NCBI GenBank assembly: GCA_030618105.1
Contig: JAUXED010000002.1
Location: 15-64,014, forward strand
Length of the DNA: 64,000 nt
Source of the DNA: Bacteroidota bacterium
Lineage (GTDB): Bacteria; Bacteroidota; Bacteroidia; Bacteroidales; VadinHA17
Direction of reading: 5' to 3'
The notes below the pieces were generated by a model. The model was given only the letters and a program-made list of their open reading frames with translations. It searched no databases and was not told the DNA's origin. The first letter of the stretch is position 1. The number at the start of each line of letters is the position of its first letter. This document shows positions 24,636 to 35,823 of the stretch, piece by piece. The translations under genes and the position numbers were made by a program.

Positions 24636-25925
24636 ATGCTATTACACAGGAATTGTTTTAATATGGGCAATTTTGGATTGATTAGGAAATCGGGATTTAT
24701 TATTTTTTTCTTCGTAGTATCTGGTTTTTGGGCTTATTCACAGGTCACTTCTCCGTTATCATCAGGAGTAAGATACACTTCCTATCCCGGCGAACCTGAA
24801 AGAAAAGATCCGGTTTTTATTTTCTGTGTACCGGAGGGGAACAATGATTTTTCAATTGGAGAACTTATTGCAACTCCTCCCGGTGGAATTCCAGGGTATA
24901 CCTTTGACTGGAGCAGATATAATCCATCAGATTCTGTTTTTGATCCTTCGTTTCATAGTGAAAATGATGCAACCTCATCAACAGTAACAGGTCTTGAATC
25001 AGGAGGATACAAAGTAAAGATCAGGGATGCAGGCAGTATGGATACTTCATTTATTGCATGGGTGTTTACTGACAGGCCATATGATAGTATCCAGTTGCTT
25101 GATCATAAATGCTCATATGTTGCACTTAACGGATATGCAGGTACTACACCCTTTTATTATTATGATACAACAGATAATTCTTCTATTTTACTTGGAAACG
25201 GGGTAAGTTTTCACTGGTGGTCTGATCCTGAATCTTCAATTCCGTTTCCGGATATTGAAATTAACCCTGTTACCTATCAACCGCCATATGAGGATACATG
25301 GTATTACCTTACCGTAACCGATAGTTTCGGATGTTCAAATGAGGCATCCCTGTTTTACGAGTCAATTCATGTAAAGGCAGATTTCGAACCAGATCCATCG
25401 GAGGGGGAAGCTCCTTTAGTGGTTTCGTTTACAAATAACTCCCTTAATGCTGTTGAGTATGAATGGCGCTTTGGCGATGATACAATATCAATACTTGAGA
25501 CCCCTGCACCACATACTTATTATGATCCAAACATTGAATATGAGGTGGTGCTTATAGCAAGGAGCGAGGAGTATTGTGTTGATACTTTTAAATTCCAGTA
25601 TATAAAGGTTGATCCTTCTGCTCTTGACATCCCTAATGTTTTTACACCAAACGGAGATAGTTATAATGATAAATTTTTAGTTTACGGGAAGTCACTACAG
25701 AGTATTTATATCCAAATATTCAACCGGCTTGGAAAAAGAATATATGAATATACCGGACATGGTGCAGCTATAAAGGATTGGGAAGGATGGGATGGTAAAA
25801 TTAATGGCAGATCGGAAGCAAGTCCTGGTATATACTATTATGTTATAAGAGCAGTAGGCTATGATGACATCCTGTACAAAGGCAAAGAATACACCGGAGT
25901 TCTGTATCTCTACCGGGAAAAGTAA
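24636..25925 (+). CDS. Secreted PKD-like repeat protein with a T9SS / gliding-motility type C-terminal sorting domain
   Basis: Signal-like N-terminus (the true start may be ATG 24663). C-terminal IPNVFTPNGDSYNDKF...GIYYYVI...G.LYL motif set. Confidence 0.8.
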   Translation: MLLHRNCFNMGNFGLIRKSGFIIFFFVVSGFWAYSQVTSPLSSGVRYTSYPGEPERKDPVFIFCVPEGNNDFSIGELIATPPGGIPGYTFDWSRYNPSDSVFDPSFHSENDATSSTVTGLESGGYKVKIRDAGSMDTSFIAWVFTDRPYDSIQLLDHKCSYVALNGYAGTTPFYYYDTTDNSSILLGNGVSFHWWSDPESSIPFPDIEINPVTYQPPYEDTWYYLTVTDSFGCSNEASLFYESIHVKADFEPDPSEGEAPLVVSFTNNSLNAVEYEWRFGDDTISILETPAPHTYYDPNIEYEVVLIARSEEYCVDTFKFQYIKVDPSALDIPNVFTPNGDSYNDKFLVYGKSLQSIYIQIFNRLGKRIYEYTGHGAAIKDWEGWDGKINGRSEASPGIYYYVIRAVGYDDILYKGKEYTGVLYLYREK

Positions 25926-25933
25926 ATGATTAA

Positions 25934-28090
25934 TCAATCCTCTTCCTGTTCTTCTTCAAACTTCTTGATAAGTTCTTCCTGCAGGTCGCCCGGCACCTGA
26001 GTATATTCTAAAAATTTCATAGTATACATCGCCCTTCCGTTAGTCAGAGAGCTAAGAGCGGTGGAGTATTTATTCATTTCAGCCAGTGGAATTTTAGTTG
26101 ATATTTTCTCAAAATCTTTTTCACTGGTCATTCCAAGTATAATGCCTCGTCTTCCCTGCAGGTCGCTTACAACATCGCCCATTCTGTCGGATGGTACAAG
26201 AATATCCACTTTATAAACAGGTTCCATAATTTTTGGACCGGCATCTTTAAATGCATTTTTGAATGCATTTCTTCCCGCGAGTTTAAAAGATATCTCGTTA
26301 GAATCAACCGGGTGCATCTTGCCGTCATAAACAGCAACACAGATATCTCTTGCATAAGATCCGGTGAGAGGACCTTCTTCCATTTTTTCCATTACTCCTT
26401 TCAAAATAGCCGGTAAAAACCTGGCATCGATTGCTCCACCTACAATACAATTATAGAAAACAAGTTTTCCTCCCCATTCCATATCATATTCATCTTTTTT
26501 CCTGACTGATACTTTAATATCACGACCATTTATTTTATAGATTTTGGGATCATTCATTCCTTCTTTGTATGGTTCAATAACCATATGGACTTCGCCAAAT
26601 TGTCCGGCACCTCCTGATTGCTTTTTGTGCCTGTAATCAGCTTGAGCTGATTTTGTAATGGTTTCGCGATAAGGTATTCGTGGAGGCAGGAATTCTGTAT
26701 TTACATTGAAAATATTGTCCAGATGCCATTTCAGGATATTCAGGTGGTGTTCCCCCTGTCCAAAAACGATAATTTGTTTTAATTCTTTGGAATATTCTAT
26801 CAGGATTGTTGGATCTTCTTCATGCATCCGCTGGAGAGCTTCCCCAAGTTTTTCTTCGTCCCCTTCACTCATAGGTTTGAGAGCAGTTCTGTATTTCGGC
26901 TCCGGAAAATCAACATTGTTAAATTTCCAGTTTTGACCGGCAATGTTCAGGGTATGATTAGTCCTTGTTTCTTTCAGTTTTACTGTTGCTCCAATATCAC
27001 CAGCTACCATTTCAGATACTTTTTCTTTTTCTTTCCCTGCCATAACATATATTTGAGCGATCCTTTCTTTGTTTTGTGTGGTAGTATTAATTAAATCCAT
27101 TCCTACAGATATTTTACCTGACATAACTTTAAAGAAGTTTACTTCTCCGATATGTTCTTCGATTGCAGATTTGAAAACAAACAAAGATGCAGGGCCATCA
27201 GGGTCGCATTTAATCTCATTTCCTTCAGCGTTAACAGGAGGTGGCATATCTGTTGGCCCCGGGACGGCGTTTACTATAAATTCCATTAATCTTCCGATTC
27301 CAATATCTTTTTTCGCTGATATGCAGAAAACAGGGAAAATTCCTCGTTGAATAAGTCCTTCTTTTATTCCCGCACGCATTTCATTTTCATCAAGAGTCTC
27401 CTTTTCAAAGAATATCTCCATCAGACCTTCATCATTTTCTGCAGCTTTTTCGATCAATTCATTTTGAAGATCCTCAGCATGGGCCAAATGATCTGATGGG
27501 ATATCAGTTATTTCAGGATTGCCTCCATCGTTTGGATATTTATACATCTTCATTTTTATCACATCGATAAATGAGTTGAATTCAGGACCTTCATTAACAG
27601 GGAATTGAGTGAGAACAACATTATTGCCAAATCTTTCCTTTAAAGATTCAATTGTTTTCTCAAAGTTCGATTTTTCATGGTCGAGAAGATTTACCACAAA
27701 TATCAGAGGTTTATTAAGGGTTTCGGAATGACGGAATTGGATCTCAGTTCCAACCTCTACCCCGTTTTGAGCGTTTATTAACATAATACCGGTTTCTGCA
27801 GGATTCAACCCGGATATCAATCCGCCAACAAAATCATCAAGACCAGGGACATCAATAATATTTATTTTATTATCATTATAAAGGCTATATAAAACAGAGG
27901 GAAAAACAGAACTGGTGTTCTCCTGTTCTACTTTTTTGTAATCAGAAACTGTATTTTTCTTTTCAACCTGTCCCTTTCGTTCAATGATACCCCCATTAAA
28001 CAGGATCGCTTCAGACAGAGTTGTTTTCCCTGAACCGGCATTTCCCAATATGACAATATTTTTTATTTTATCAGACTGATATGTTTTCAT
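25934..28090 (-). CDS. EF-G paralog with a degenerate GTPase centre
   Basis: Colinear similarity to fusA in this window through domains II-V (KKQSGGAGQFGEVHM vs [15 protein letters not shown]; HPVDSNEISFKLAG vs [14 protein letters not shown]). The P-loop GNAGSGKT is intact. G3 is DVPGL and G4 is NLLD. Confidence 0.9.
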   Translation of the reverse strand: MKTYQSDKIKNIVILGNAGSGKTTLSEAILFNGGIIERKGQVEKKNTVSDYKKVEQENTSSVFPSVLYSLYNDNKINIIDVPGLDDFVGGLISGLNPAETGIMLINAQNGVEVGTEIQFRHSETLNKPLIFVVNLLDHEKSNFEKTIESLKERFGNNVVLTQFPVNEGPEFNSFIDVIKMKMYKYPNDGGNPEITDIPSDHLAHAEDLQNELIEKAAENDEGLMEIFFEKETLDENEMRAGIKEGLIQRGIFPVFCISAKKDIGIGRLMEFIVNAVPGPTDMPPPVNAEGNEIKCDPDGPASLFVFKSAIEEHIGEVNFFKVMSGKISVGMDLINTTTQNKERIAQIYVMAGKEKEKVSEMVAGDIGATVKLKETRTNHTLNIAGQNWKFNNVDFPEPKYRTALKPMSEGDEEKLGEALQRMHEEDPTILIEYSKELKQIIVFGQGEHHLNILKWHLDNIFNVNTEFLPPRIPYRETITKSAQADYRHKKQSGGAGQFGEVHMVIEPYKEGMNDPKIYKINGRDIKVSVRKKDEYDMEWGGKLVFYNCIVGGAIDARFLPAILKGVMEKMEEGPLTGSYARDICVAVYDGKMHPVDSNEISFKLAGRNAFKNAFKDAGPKIMEPVYKVDILVPSDRMGDVVSDLQGRRGIILGMTSEKDFEKISTKIPLAEMNKYSTALSSLTNGRAMYTMKFLEYTQVPGDLQEELIKKFEEEQEED

Positions 28091-28168
28091 TTCTTTTTAT
28101 AAATTTTAATTTAAATACACATAATTAATGATATCCTGACATTTATATTATCTCTAAATTTTGCGCCA

Positions 28169-28176
28169 CAAAAGTA
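28169..28176 (-). promoter_or_regulatory. Candidate -7 box TACTTTTG for the EF-G paralog
   Basis: The plus strand reads CAAAAGTA, 79 nt upstream of the start at 28090. Confidence 0.4.
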
Positions 28177-28304
28177 ATAATTTTTTATAATAATTAATAG
28201 TCAGGTTTACACTTAAAAACACCTTTGGCAACAACCAAATTAAAAAACACTTTTAGGATAAATAGATATTAATAATTGATTCATCCGGAAAATGAATAGG
28301 TGTC

Positions 28305-28444
28305 AGATGGAATAATGGAAAAATGGAATAATGGAAAGATGGAATAATGGAAGAATGGGAAGAGTGGAAAAGTGTAAAGTTTGTAAAGTTCAACCCTTAC
28401 TTTTAACTTTTAATTTTTTACTTTCAACTTTTCATTATTATCCT
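28305..28444 (+). repeat. Two-arm GGAAT-octamer element (86-nt C-free arm + 54-nt G-free arm) upstream of the str operon
   Basis: Seven in-phase ATGGnAnn octamers from 28307, then degenerate units. The arm at 28391-28444 is a loose reverse complement. The 14-mer ATGGAAAAATGGAA (28315-28328) is shared with the 18.8-kb element. Confidence 0.9.
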
Positions 28445-28543
28445 GAAGAACCTTAATATTTATCAGTGTAACAAGTCTTTTCAGAAAGGAGGAATTAATA
28501 TTTAATTAATTAATGATCATTCTTGTTTTTTGAAAAAAAAGAA

Positions 28544-28551
28544 TACCTTTG
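28544..28551 (+). promoter_or_regulatory. Candidate -7 box TACCTTTG for the str / ribosomal protein block
   Basis: Matches TAnnTTTG 44 nt upstream of the rpsL ATG. T-rich TTG-containing sequence at 28521-32 could serve as the -33 element. Confidence 0.5.
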
Positions 28552-28594
28552 CACACCAATTTAACAAAATTATTTAATGTAAACACGTGATTAT

Positions 28595-28969
28595 ATGCCG
28601 ACAATACAGCAATTAGTTCGAAAAGGGAGGAAAAAGCTGGTGGAAAAAAGCAAAGCTCCGGCACTGGATTCTTGTCCTCAGAGAAGAGGTGTTTGTGTCA
28701 GGGTTTATACAACCACTCCGAAAAAACCCAATTCAGCAATGAGGAAGGTTGCAAGGGTAAGGCTTACCAACGGTAAAGAAGTGAATTCATATATACCTGG
28801 TGAAGGGCATAATCTTCAGGAGCACTCAATTGTATTAATCAGGGGAGGAAGAGTTAAAGATCTTCCCGGGGTAAGATATCATCTTATCAGGGGAGCTCTT
28901 GATACATCGGGTGTTGATGAGAGAACACAACGACGTTCGAAATACGGCACAAAACGACCAAAAAAATAA
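28595..28969 (+). CDS. rpsL: 30S ribosomal protein S12
   Basis: Clear S12 sequence ([16 protein letters not shown]). First gene of the str operon. Confidence 0.98.
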   Translation: MPTIQQLVRKGRKKLVEKSKAPALDSCPQRRGVCVRVYTTTPKKPNSAMRKVARVRLTNGKEVNSYIPGEGHNLQEHSIVLIRGGRVKDLPGVRYHLIRGALDTSGVDERTQRRSKYGTKRPKK

Positions 28970-28996
28970 TTAGATAACCATTGAAGGATTCAAATA

Positions 28997-29473
28997 ATGA
29001 GAAAATCCAAAGCTAAAAAAAGACTTTTGGTACCAGATCCAAGGTATAGTGATATCCTTGTGACAGAATTTGTAAATAACCTTATGTTGAATGGGAAAAA
29101 GAGCCTTGCTTATAACATTTTTTACAATGCTCTTGATCTGGTAGGTGAGAAAATGAAGGATGATGAAAATACACCACTTGATATTTGGAAAAAAGCACTG
29201 GAAAATATCACTCCACAGGTTGAGGTTAAGAGTCGCAGGATAGGTGGTGCAACGTTTCAGGTTCCGATGGAAGTGCGTCCTGAAAGGAAGGTTTCAATCA
29301 GTATTAAGAACCTGATTAAATACTCCCGGAACAGAGCGGGAAAAACCATGAGTGATAAACTGGCAGCCGAAATAATAGCTGCTTTTAATCAGGAAGGCGG
29401 AGCATTTAAAAAGAAAGAAGAAACACACAGAATGGCAGAAGCAAATAAAGCTTTTGCGCATTTTAGATTTTAA
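28997..29473 (+). CDS. rpsG: 30S ribosomal protein S7
   Basis: Clear S7 ortholog in the canonical str operon position. Confidence 0.98.
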   Translation: MRKSKAKKRLLVPDPRYSDILVTEFVNNLMLNGKKSLAYNIFYNALDLVGEKMKDDENTPLDIWKKALENITPQVEVKSRRIGGATFQVPMEVRPERKVSISIKNLIKYSRNRAGKTMSDKLAAEIIAAFNQEGGAFKKKEETHRMAEANKAFAHFRF

Positions 29474-29503
29474 ATATTTTGATCAGTAGAGTTTGGTCTG
29501 AGA

Positions 29504-31609
29504 ATGGATGAGAATTTAAAATATACGAGGAATATTGGGATTATGGCCCATATTGATGCCGGTAAGACAACAACAACCGAAAGGATATTGTTTTATACGG
29601 GAATAACACATCGTATGGGTGAAGTTCATGATGGAGCAGCTCAGATGGACTGGATGGTGCAGGAGCAGGAACGAGGTATTACAATTACATGTGCTGCAAC
29701 TACCACCTTCTGGAAATATCAAAACAAGGACTACAAAATAAATATTATAGATACTCCCGGACATGTTGATTTTACTGTTGAGGTTGAAAGATCGCTAAGG
29801 GTACTTGATGGCGCTGTTGCTATCTTTTGTGCTGTTGGAGGTGTCGAACCACAGTCAGAAACCGTCTGGAGGCAGGCTGATAAATATAATGTTCCCCGTA
29901 TTGCATTTGTAAATAAAATGGACCGGGTAGGGGCAGATTATTACAGTGTTGTAAGCCAAATTAAGGATAAATTGAAATCAATTGCTGTTCCTATCCAGAT
30001 TCCGATAGGTTCAGAGGATTCATTTAAGGGGGTAATTGACTTGATTGACAATAAAGCTGTAGTTTGGTATGACGACGAAACAATGGGGACGAATTATAAC
30101 CTTGTTGAGATACCTGAAAATCTGAAAGAGGAAGCTGCGGAATGGCGGGAAAAAATGCTTGAAGCAGTAGCTGAAACAGATGATTCATTGCTTGAAAGAT
30201 ATTTTGAAAATCCGGATTCCATTACACCGGAGGAGATCCGTGATGTAATAAGAAGATCAACAATTGAAAGGACAATCGTTCCTGTTATGTGTGGGTCTGC
30301 TTTTAAGAACAAGGGAGTTCAAAGACTTATGGATGCTATTACAGGTTATTTGCCAAGCCCGCTTGATGTAGGAGCTATTACCGGAATTCATCCAAAGATC
30401 AATAAAGAGATTACAAGGGATCCTGACAATGAACAACCACTGGCGGCACTGGCTTTTAAAATTGCAACTGACCCGTTTGTTGGAAGACTGGCGTTTTTAA
30501 GAATTTATTCAGGAACTATTCATTCCAACTCTTCTGTATATAATCCCAGAACCAATAAACGTGAAAGAATTACGCGTCTTTACCAGATGCATGCCAATAA
30601 ACAAAATCCAAAAAACAAGATTGAAGCAGGAGATATTTGTGCTGCAGTTGGGTTCAAATCTCTCAAAACCGGTGATACACTTTGTGATATCAAACAGCCA
30701 ATTTCCTTGGAATCAATGGTTTTTCCTGACCCTGTGATAGGGATTGCGATTGAGCCAAAAACACAGGCAGATGTGGATAAGCTGGGAATTGCACTTGGAA
30801 AATTGTCAGAGGAGGATCCTACTTTTCAGGTAAGAACAGATGAAGAATCAGGGCAAACAATTATAAGAGGCATGGGAGAATTGCACCTGGAGGTATTGGT
30901 TGATCGCTTAAAGCGTGAATTTAATATTGAATGTAATCAGGGAATACCACAGGTTGCTTACAAAGAAGCTATTACTGTAAGTATTAAACAAACAGAGGTT
31001 TTTAAAAAGCAGACAGGTGGTAAAGGGAAATTTGCCCATATCGTTGTTGAAATTTCACCAGTTGATGGGGGTGAAAAGGGTTTGCAATTCATTAATGAAG
31101 TCAAAGGTGGTAACGTTCCAAAAGAGTATATTCCGGCAATAGAAAAAGGATTCCGGGGTGCTATGTATAACGGTCCTTTAGCCAGTTACAAAATGGACAG
31201 TCTAAAGGTTGTATTGAAAGATGGCTCCTTCCATCCTGTTGATTCAGATAGTTTGTCTTTTGAGATCGTAGCAAGGATGGCATATCGTAAAGCAACACAA
31301 AAAGCACATCCGGTACTGCTTGAACCAATAATGTCAGTTGAGGTAGTGACCCCTGAGGAATACATGGGTGATATCATTTCTGATATAAATAAGCGACGGG
31401 GTCAGGTGCAGGGTATGGAATCAAGGCAGGGAGCAAGGGTTATTAAAGCAATGGTACCACTGGTTGAGAATTTTGGATACGTTACTGTTTTGCGTACAAT
31501 TACTTCAGGCAGGGCAACTTCCACAATGGAATTTTCTCATTACGAAGAGGTGCCTCCTGTATTGTCTAATGAGATTATTGAAAATTCGAAAGGAAAAATT
31601 TTAGCATAA
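29504..31609 (+). CDS. fusA: Elongation factor G
   Basis: [22 protein letters not shown] and NKMD motifs are all intact. Follows rpsG. Confidence 0.98.
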   Translation: MDENLKYTRNIGIMAHIDAGKTTTTERILFYTGITHRMGEVHDGAAQMDWMVQEQERGITITCAATTTFWKYQNKDYKINIIDTPGHVDFTVEVERSLRVLDGAVAIFCAVGGVEPQSETVWRQADKYNVPRIAFVNKMDRVGADYYSVVSQIKDKLKSIAVPIQIPIGSEDSFKGVIDLIDNKAVVWYDDETMGTNYNLVEIPENLKEEAAEWREKMLEAVAETDDSLLERYFENPDSITPEEIRDVIRRSTIERTIVPVMCGSAFKNKGVQRLMDAITGYLPSPLDVGAITGIHPKINKEITRDPDNEQPLAALAFKIATDPFVGRLAFLRIYSGTIHSNSSVYNPRTNKRERITRLYQMHANKQNPKNKIEAGDICAAVGFKSLKTGDTLCDIKQPISLESMVFPDPVIGIAIEPKTQADVDKLGIALGKLSEEDPTFQVRTDEESGQTIIRGMGELHLEVLVDRLKREFNIECNQGIPQVAYKEAITVSIKQTEVFKKQTGGKGKFAHIVVEISPVDGGEKGLQFINEVKGGNVPKEYIPAIEKGFRGAMYNGPLASYKMDSLKVVLKDGSFHPVDSDSLSFEIVARMAYRKATQKAHPVLLEPIMSVEVVTPEEYMGDIISDINKRRGQVQGMESRQGARVIKAMVPLVENFGYVTVLRTITSGRATSTMEFSHYEEVPPVLSNEIIENSKGKILA

Positions 31610-31619
31610 CAAAATAATA

Positions 31620-31925
31620 ATGAGCCAGAAGATCAGAATAAAATTAAAGTCTTATGACCATAGCCTGGTTGATAAGTCAGCTGAGAAGATCGTAAAAACA
31701 GTGAAATCTACCGGGGCAGTTGTAAGTGGACCAATACCCTTACCAACGCATAAGCGTGTATTTACCGTTTTACGTTCTCCATTCGTGAATAAAAAGTCAC
31801 GTGAGCAATTTCAGCTTTCTTCATATAAGCGACTACTTGACATTTATAGTTCGACACCTAAAACTATCGATGCATTAATGAAATTGGAGTTGCCAAGTGG
31901 AGTGGAAGTTGAAATAAAAGTGTAA
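31620..31925 (+). CDS. rpsJ: 30S ribosomal protein S10
   Basis: Clear S10 ortholog, 10 nt after fusA (no tuf gene in between). Confidence 0.98.
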   Translation: MSQKIRIKLKSYDHSLVDKSAEKIVKTVKSTGAVVSGPIPLPTHKRVFTVLRSPFVNKKSREQFQLSSYKRLLDIYSSTPKTIDALMKLELPSGVEVEIKV

Positions 31926-31949
31926 TTATTAAAGAAAAAAGAAGGAAAA

Positions 31950-32567
31950 ATGCAGGGATTAATTGGGAAAAAAGTAGGAATGACTTCCGTTTTTAATGAT
32001 GAGGGGAAGAATATTCCATGTACTGTCATAGAAGCCGGTCCATGTGTGGTTACTCAGATTAAAACAAAAGAGAAGGATGGGTATGAAGTTGTCCAGCTTG
32101 GATTTGATGAGAAAAAGGAAAAGCAGGCTTCAAACCCTGAAAAGGGGCATTTCAAAAAAGCTAATACTACACCAAAAAGAAAACTGGTTGAGTTTACGGG
32201 TTTTGGTGATGAAATGAAATTAGGAGACACCTTTGATGTTGAGTTATTTAACGATGATACATGGCTGGACGTTAGAGGTATTTCAAAAGGAAAAGGATTT
32301 CAGGGAGTTGTTAAACGTCATGGCTTTAAAGGGGTAGGTGATAAAACTCACGGTCAGCACAACCGCGAAAGAGCACCTGGATCACTGGGTGGTTCTTCTG
32401 ATCCTTCAAGGGTTTTCAAAGGAATGAGAATGGCTGGTAGACTTGGTGGAAAACAAGTTATGGCAATTAGCTTGAGAGTGATGAAGATTATTCCTGAAGA
32501 GAATATATTAATAGTTAAAGGATCTGTTCCTGGTTCTAATGGTTCATATTTAATTATTACGAAATAA
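31950..32567 (+). CDS. rplC: 50S ribosomal protein L3
   Basis: Clear L3 ortholog in canonical S10 operon order. Confidence 0.97.
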   Translation: MQGLIGKKVGMTSVFNDEGKNIPCTVIEAGPCVVTQIKTKEKDGYEVVQLGFDEKKEKQASNPEKGHFKKANTTPKRKLVEFTGFGDEMKLGDTFDVELFNDDTWLDVRGISKGKGFQGVVKRHGFKGVGDKTHGQHNRERAPGSLGGSSDPSRVFKGMRMAGRLGGKQVMAISLRVMKIIPEENILIVKGSVPGSNGSYLIITK

Positions 32568-33196
32568 TGAAAATAGCAATTGTAGATAAAGAAGGAAAAG
32601 ATACCGGGAAAAAAGTGGAACTTAAAGATTCTATTTTCCGTATTGAACCCAATGATCATGCCGTTTACCTGGATGTTAAGCATTATATGGCCAATCAAAG
32701 GCAAGGTACACATAAAACTAAAGAAAGAGGTGAAATTAGAGGAAGTACTGCCAAGATAAAAAGGCAAAAGGGAACAGGAACAGCAAGAGCAGGTAGTATT
32801 AAATCACCCATAATGCGGGGCGGTGGAAGAACATTTGGACCAAGACCAAGGAATTATGATTTTAAACTGAATAAAAAAGTGAGGCAGCTGGCAAGAAAAT
32901 CAGCTCTCTCATATAAGGCAAAAGAGAAGGCTATTATTGTATTGGAAGATATGAAATTTGAGGAGACAAAGACCAAAAATTTAGTTGATTTAAATGCAGC
33001 TTTAAAAATCTCTGACAAAAAATCGCTTTTCGTTTTATCCGAACAAAATAAAAACCTATATTTGTCATCGCGAAATTTAAAAAGCACAGAGGTTGTAACT
33101 GCCACAGATATAAATACATACAAAATAATGAGGGCTTCAACTTTAGTGCTTTTTGAAAGCTCTCTTAATATTTTGGACAAAATTTTTACAACTTAG
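32567..33196 (+). CDS. rplD: 50S ribosomal protein L4
   Basis: Clear L4 ortholog. Its start overlaps the rplC stop. Confidence 0.97.
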   Translation: MKIAIVDKEGKDTGKKVELKDSIFRIEPNDHAVYLDVKHYMANQRQGTHKTKERGEIRGSTAKIKRQKGTGTARAGSIKSPIMRGGGRTFGPRPRNYDFKLNKKVRQLARKSALSYKAKEKAIIVLEDMKFEETKTKNLVDLNAALKISDKKSLFVLSEQNKNLYLSSRNLKSTEVVTATDINTYKIMRASTLVLFESSLNILDKIFTT

Positions 33197-33207
33197 TAAA
33201 GAACTTT

Positions 33208-33501
33208 GTGATGAATATATTAATAAAACCTATAGTAACTGAGAAAATGACAAGCCAGACGGAAGATTATAACCGCTATGGTTTTTTGGTTGAAAAAAAG
33301 GCTAATAAGATCCAGATCCGAAAGGCTGTTGAGGAAATTTACGGAGTTACTGTAGAGTCCGTTAATACAATGCGTTATGGTGGGAAAAAGAAAAGCCGGT
33401 TTACAAAATCGGGAATTTTAATCGGCAGGACAGATTCATATAAGAAAGCAATTATAACATTAGTTGAAGGAGATCAAATCGATTTCTACAGCAATATTTA
33501 A
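33208..33501 (+). CDS. rplW: 50S ribosomal protein L23
   Basis: Clear L23 ortholog. GTG at 33208 or ATG at 33211 are both possible starts. Confidence 0.96.
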   Translation: MMNILIKPIVTEKMTSQTEDYNRYGFLVEKKANKIQIRKAVEEIYGVTVESVNTMRYGGKKKSRFTKSGILIGRTDSYKKAIITLVEGDQIDFYSNI

Positions 33502-33509
33502 AGTTTGTT

Positions 33510-34340
33510 ATGGGTGTAAAAAAAATAAAACCCGTTACACCGGGACAGAGATTTAAACTGGCAAATACATTTGAGGATATTACTTCGTCTTCTCCTGAAA
33601 AATCGCTTATCCGTCCATTGAAAAAAACCGGAGGAAGGAATAATCAGGGCAGGATGACAATGAGATATCTTGGGGGTGGTCATAAAAGAAGGTACCGTTT
33701 AATCGATTTTAAAAGGGATAAAGAAGGGATACCGGCCAGGGTTAAAACCATTGAATATGACCCTAACCGAACAACGTGGATAGCTTTGATAGTTTATGAA
33801 GATGGGGAGAAGAGATACATTATTGCCCCAAATGGATTAAAAGTTGGTGATACTGTAGAAGCAGGTAAAGAAGTTAGTCCTGATATAGGGAACACTCTTT
33901 ATCTATCTGATATTCCTCTTGGGACTGTAATTCATAATATTGAACTTCAACCTGGACGGGGTGGAATTCTTGCCAGAAGTGGCGGTTCATATGCACAATT
34001 GACATCCAGGGAAGGAAAGTTTGCTATTATCAAACTTCCATCAGGTGAGTCAAGAAAAGTGCTGGTAGCTTGTAAGGGAACAATTGGTGCAGTTTCAAAT
34101 GCTGATCATGCCCTTGAAATATCTGGTAAAGCTGGAAGAAGCAGATGGTTGGGAAGAAGACCGCGAGTACGGGGTGTTGTAATGAATCCTGTTGACCATC
34201 CAATGGGAGGTGGTGAAGGAAAAGCTTCAGGTGGCCATCCAAGGTCAAGGAAAGGTATTCCGGCTAAAGGTTATAAAACAAGGCCGCGTAAGAAGTATTC
34301 TGATAAGTATATTGTAGTTAAAAGAAAGAAAAAAAGATAG
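33510..34340 (+). CDS. rplB: 50S ribosomal protein L2
   Basis: Clear L2 ortholog ([12 protein letters not shown]). Confidence 0.98.
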   Translation: MGVKKIKPVTPGQRFKLANTFEDITSSSPEKSLIRPLKKTGGRNNQGRMTMRYLGGGHKRRYRLIDFKRDKEGIPARVKTIEYDPNRTTWIALIVYEDGEKRYIIAPNGLKVGDTVEAGKEVSPDIGNTLYLSDIPLGTVIHNIELQPGRGGILARSGGSYAQLTSREGKFAIIKLPSGESRKVLVACKGTIGAVSNADHALEISGKAGRSRWLGRRPRVRGVVMNPVDHPMGGGEGKASGGHPRSRKGIPAKGYKTRPRKKYSDKYIVVKRKKKR

Positions 34341-34358
34341 TAATTTAATTAACTAATA

Positions 34359-34625
34359 ATGAGTCGATCACTTAAAAAAGGTCCTTTTATTGACTATAAG
34401 CTGGAGAAGCGTATTTTGGAGATGAACGAATCGGGTAAAAAGAAAGTTGTTAAAACCTGGTCGAGGCGTTCAATGATTTCTCCTGATTTCGTTGGACATA
34501 CGATTGCTGTTCATAACGGAAATAAATTTATTCCGGTTTATATTACAGAAAATATGGTGGGGCATAAATTTGGCGAATTTGCACCAACAAGAATTTTCCG
34601 CGGACATGGTGGAAGAGACAGATAA
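34359..34625 (+). CDS. rpsS: 30S ribosomal protein S19
   Basis: Clear S19 ortholog in canonical order. Confidence 0.98.
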   Translation: MSRSLKKGPFIDYKLEKRILEMNESGKKKVVKTWSRRSMISPDFVGHTIAVHNGNKFIPVYITENMVGHKFGEFAPTRIFRGHGGRDR

Positions 34626-34666
34626 TTTGTGTCCGGCTTTTATAATATAAAAAAACCAGATGAGAA

Positions 34667-35092
34667 ATGGGTTCAAGAAAAAGAAACAGGGCTGAAAAAC
34701 TAAAGGAAGAAAGAACAAATAAGTATATGGCAGTTCTGAAAAATTGCCCTACATCTCCAAGGAAGATGAGACTTGTTGCTGATATGGTTAGGGGTGAAGA
34801 TGTGAATAAAGCTCTTGATATGCTGAAATACAGCCCGAAAGAAGCTTCAAGAAAAGTAGAGAAATTGTTGCTCTCTGCTATTGCAAACTGGCAGAATAAA
34901 AATGAAGGAGTCAGGGTAGAAGATAGTAATCTTTTTATTAAAGAAATATTTGTTGACAGTGGGAGGATGCTAAAACGAATACGCCCGGCACCCCAGGGCA
35001 GGGCTCATAGAATAAGAAAAAGGTCAAACCATGTTACAATGATATTAGGTAGTTTAAATTTAACAGAAGAACTCTCAACAAATAATAAATAG
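34667..35092 (+). CDS. rplV: 50S ribosomal protein L22 (with N-terminal basic extension)
   Basis: L22 core from [19 protein letters not shown], preceded by a 20-aa basic extension. Confidence 0.95.
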   Translation: MGSRKRNRAEKLKEERTNKYMAVLKNCPTSPRKMRLVADMVRGEDVNKALDMLKYSPKEASRKVEKLLLSAIANWQNKNEGVRVEDSNLFIKEIFVDSGRMLKRIRPAPQGRAHRIRKRSNHVTMILGSLNLTEELSTNNK

Positions 35093-35782
35093 ATGGGACA
35101 AAAAGTTAATCCGATAGGAAACAGATTAGGTATTATCAAGGGATGGGATTCCAACTGGTACGGGGGGAAAGATTATACTGTTAAACTTATAGAGGATGCC
35201 AAAATTAGGGAATATTTGAATGTACGTCTGGCGAAGGCAAACGTTTCAAAGATCATTATCGAAAGAACCCTGAAGATGATTACCGTGACCGTTAATACAG
35301 CACGTCCGGGAATCATTATCGGTAAAGGCGGGCAAGAAGTTGATAAGCTGAAAGAAGAACTTAAGAAGATTACTAATAAAGAAGTTCAGATTAATATTTT
35401 TGAAGTAAAACGACCAGAACTGGATGCTGTTATCGTTGCAAATAATATTGCCAGACAACTTGAAGGAAAAATTTCTTACCGGAGAGCTATTAAAATGGCT
35501 ATTGCATCAACTATGAGGATGGGGGCTGAAGGAATTAAAGTGTTGATCTCGGGGAGATTAGGTGGGGCTGAAATGGCCCGGACAGAGACATATAAGGAGG
35601 GCAGGATACCGTTGCATACTTTCAGGGCTGATATTGACTATGCTCTGGGCGAGGCACTAACCAAAGTAGGTCTGATTGGAATAAAAGTATGGATTTGCAA
35701 AGGTGAAATAATTGGTAAACGGGACCTTTCCCCAAATATTGGAGCTAAGAGTCCCAGAAGAGGACCAAGGAGAAGAAAATAA
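35093..35782 (+). CDS. rpsC: 30S ribosomal protein S3
   Basis: Clear S3 ortholog ([13 protein letters not shown]). Confidence 0.98.
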   Translation: MGQKVNPIGNRLGIIKGWDSNWYGGKDYTVKLIEDAKIREYLNVRLAKANVSKIIIERTLKMITVTVNTARPGIIIGKGGQEVDKLKEELKKITNKEVQINIFEVKRPELDAVIVANNIARQLEGKISYRRAIKMAIASTMRMGAEGIKVLISGRLGGAEMARTETYKEGRIPLHTFRADIDYALGEALTKVGLIGIKVWICKGEIIGKRDLSPNIGAKSPRRGPRRRK

Positions 35783-35823
35783 AAAATGATCAAAAAGTTT
35801 TAAAATACGAAAGCTGAAAGAAG

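Noticed and set aside
15040-28445. Possibility that the tandem arrays (15.1, 18.8, 19.7 and 28.3 kb) are CRISPR arrays.
   Set aside because: The units are 7-8 nt and directly abutting, with no unique spacers of about 30 nt and no 24-48 nt repeats. No cas genes are present in the window.
28337-28462. A 41-codon ORF (MERWNNGRMGRVEKCKVCKV...) within the rpsL-upstream repeat element.
   Set aside because: It is a direct read-out of the GGAAT octamer repeat and its complement arm. The neighbouring frames are full of stops (ATGGAATAA), and the periodic peptide has no protein-like features.
31610-31619. Absence of tuf between fusA and rpsJ as a possible deletion or rearrangement.
   Set aside because: As far as I recall, in Bacteroidota tuf is normally located elsewhere, near secE-nusG. 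The 10-nt junction is clean, with no remnant sequence.
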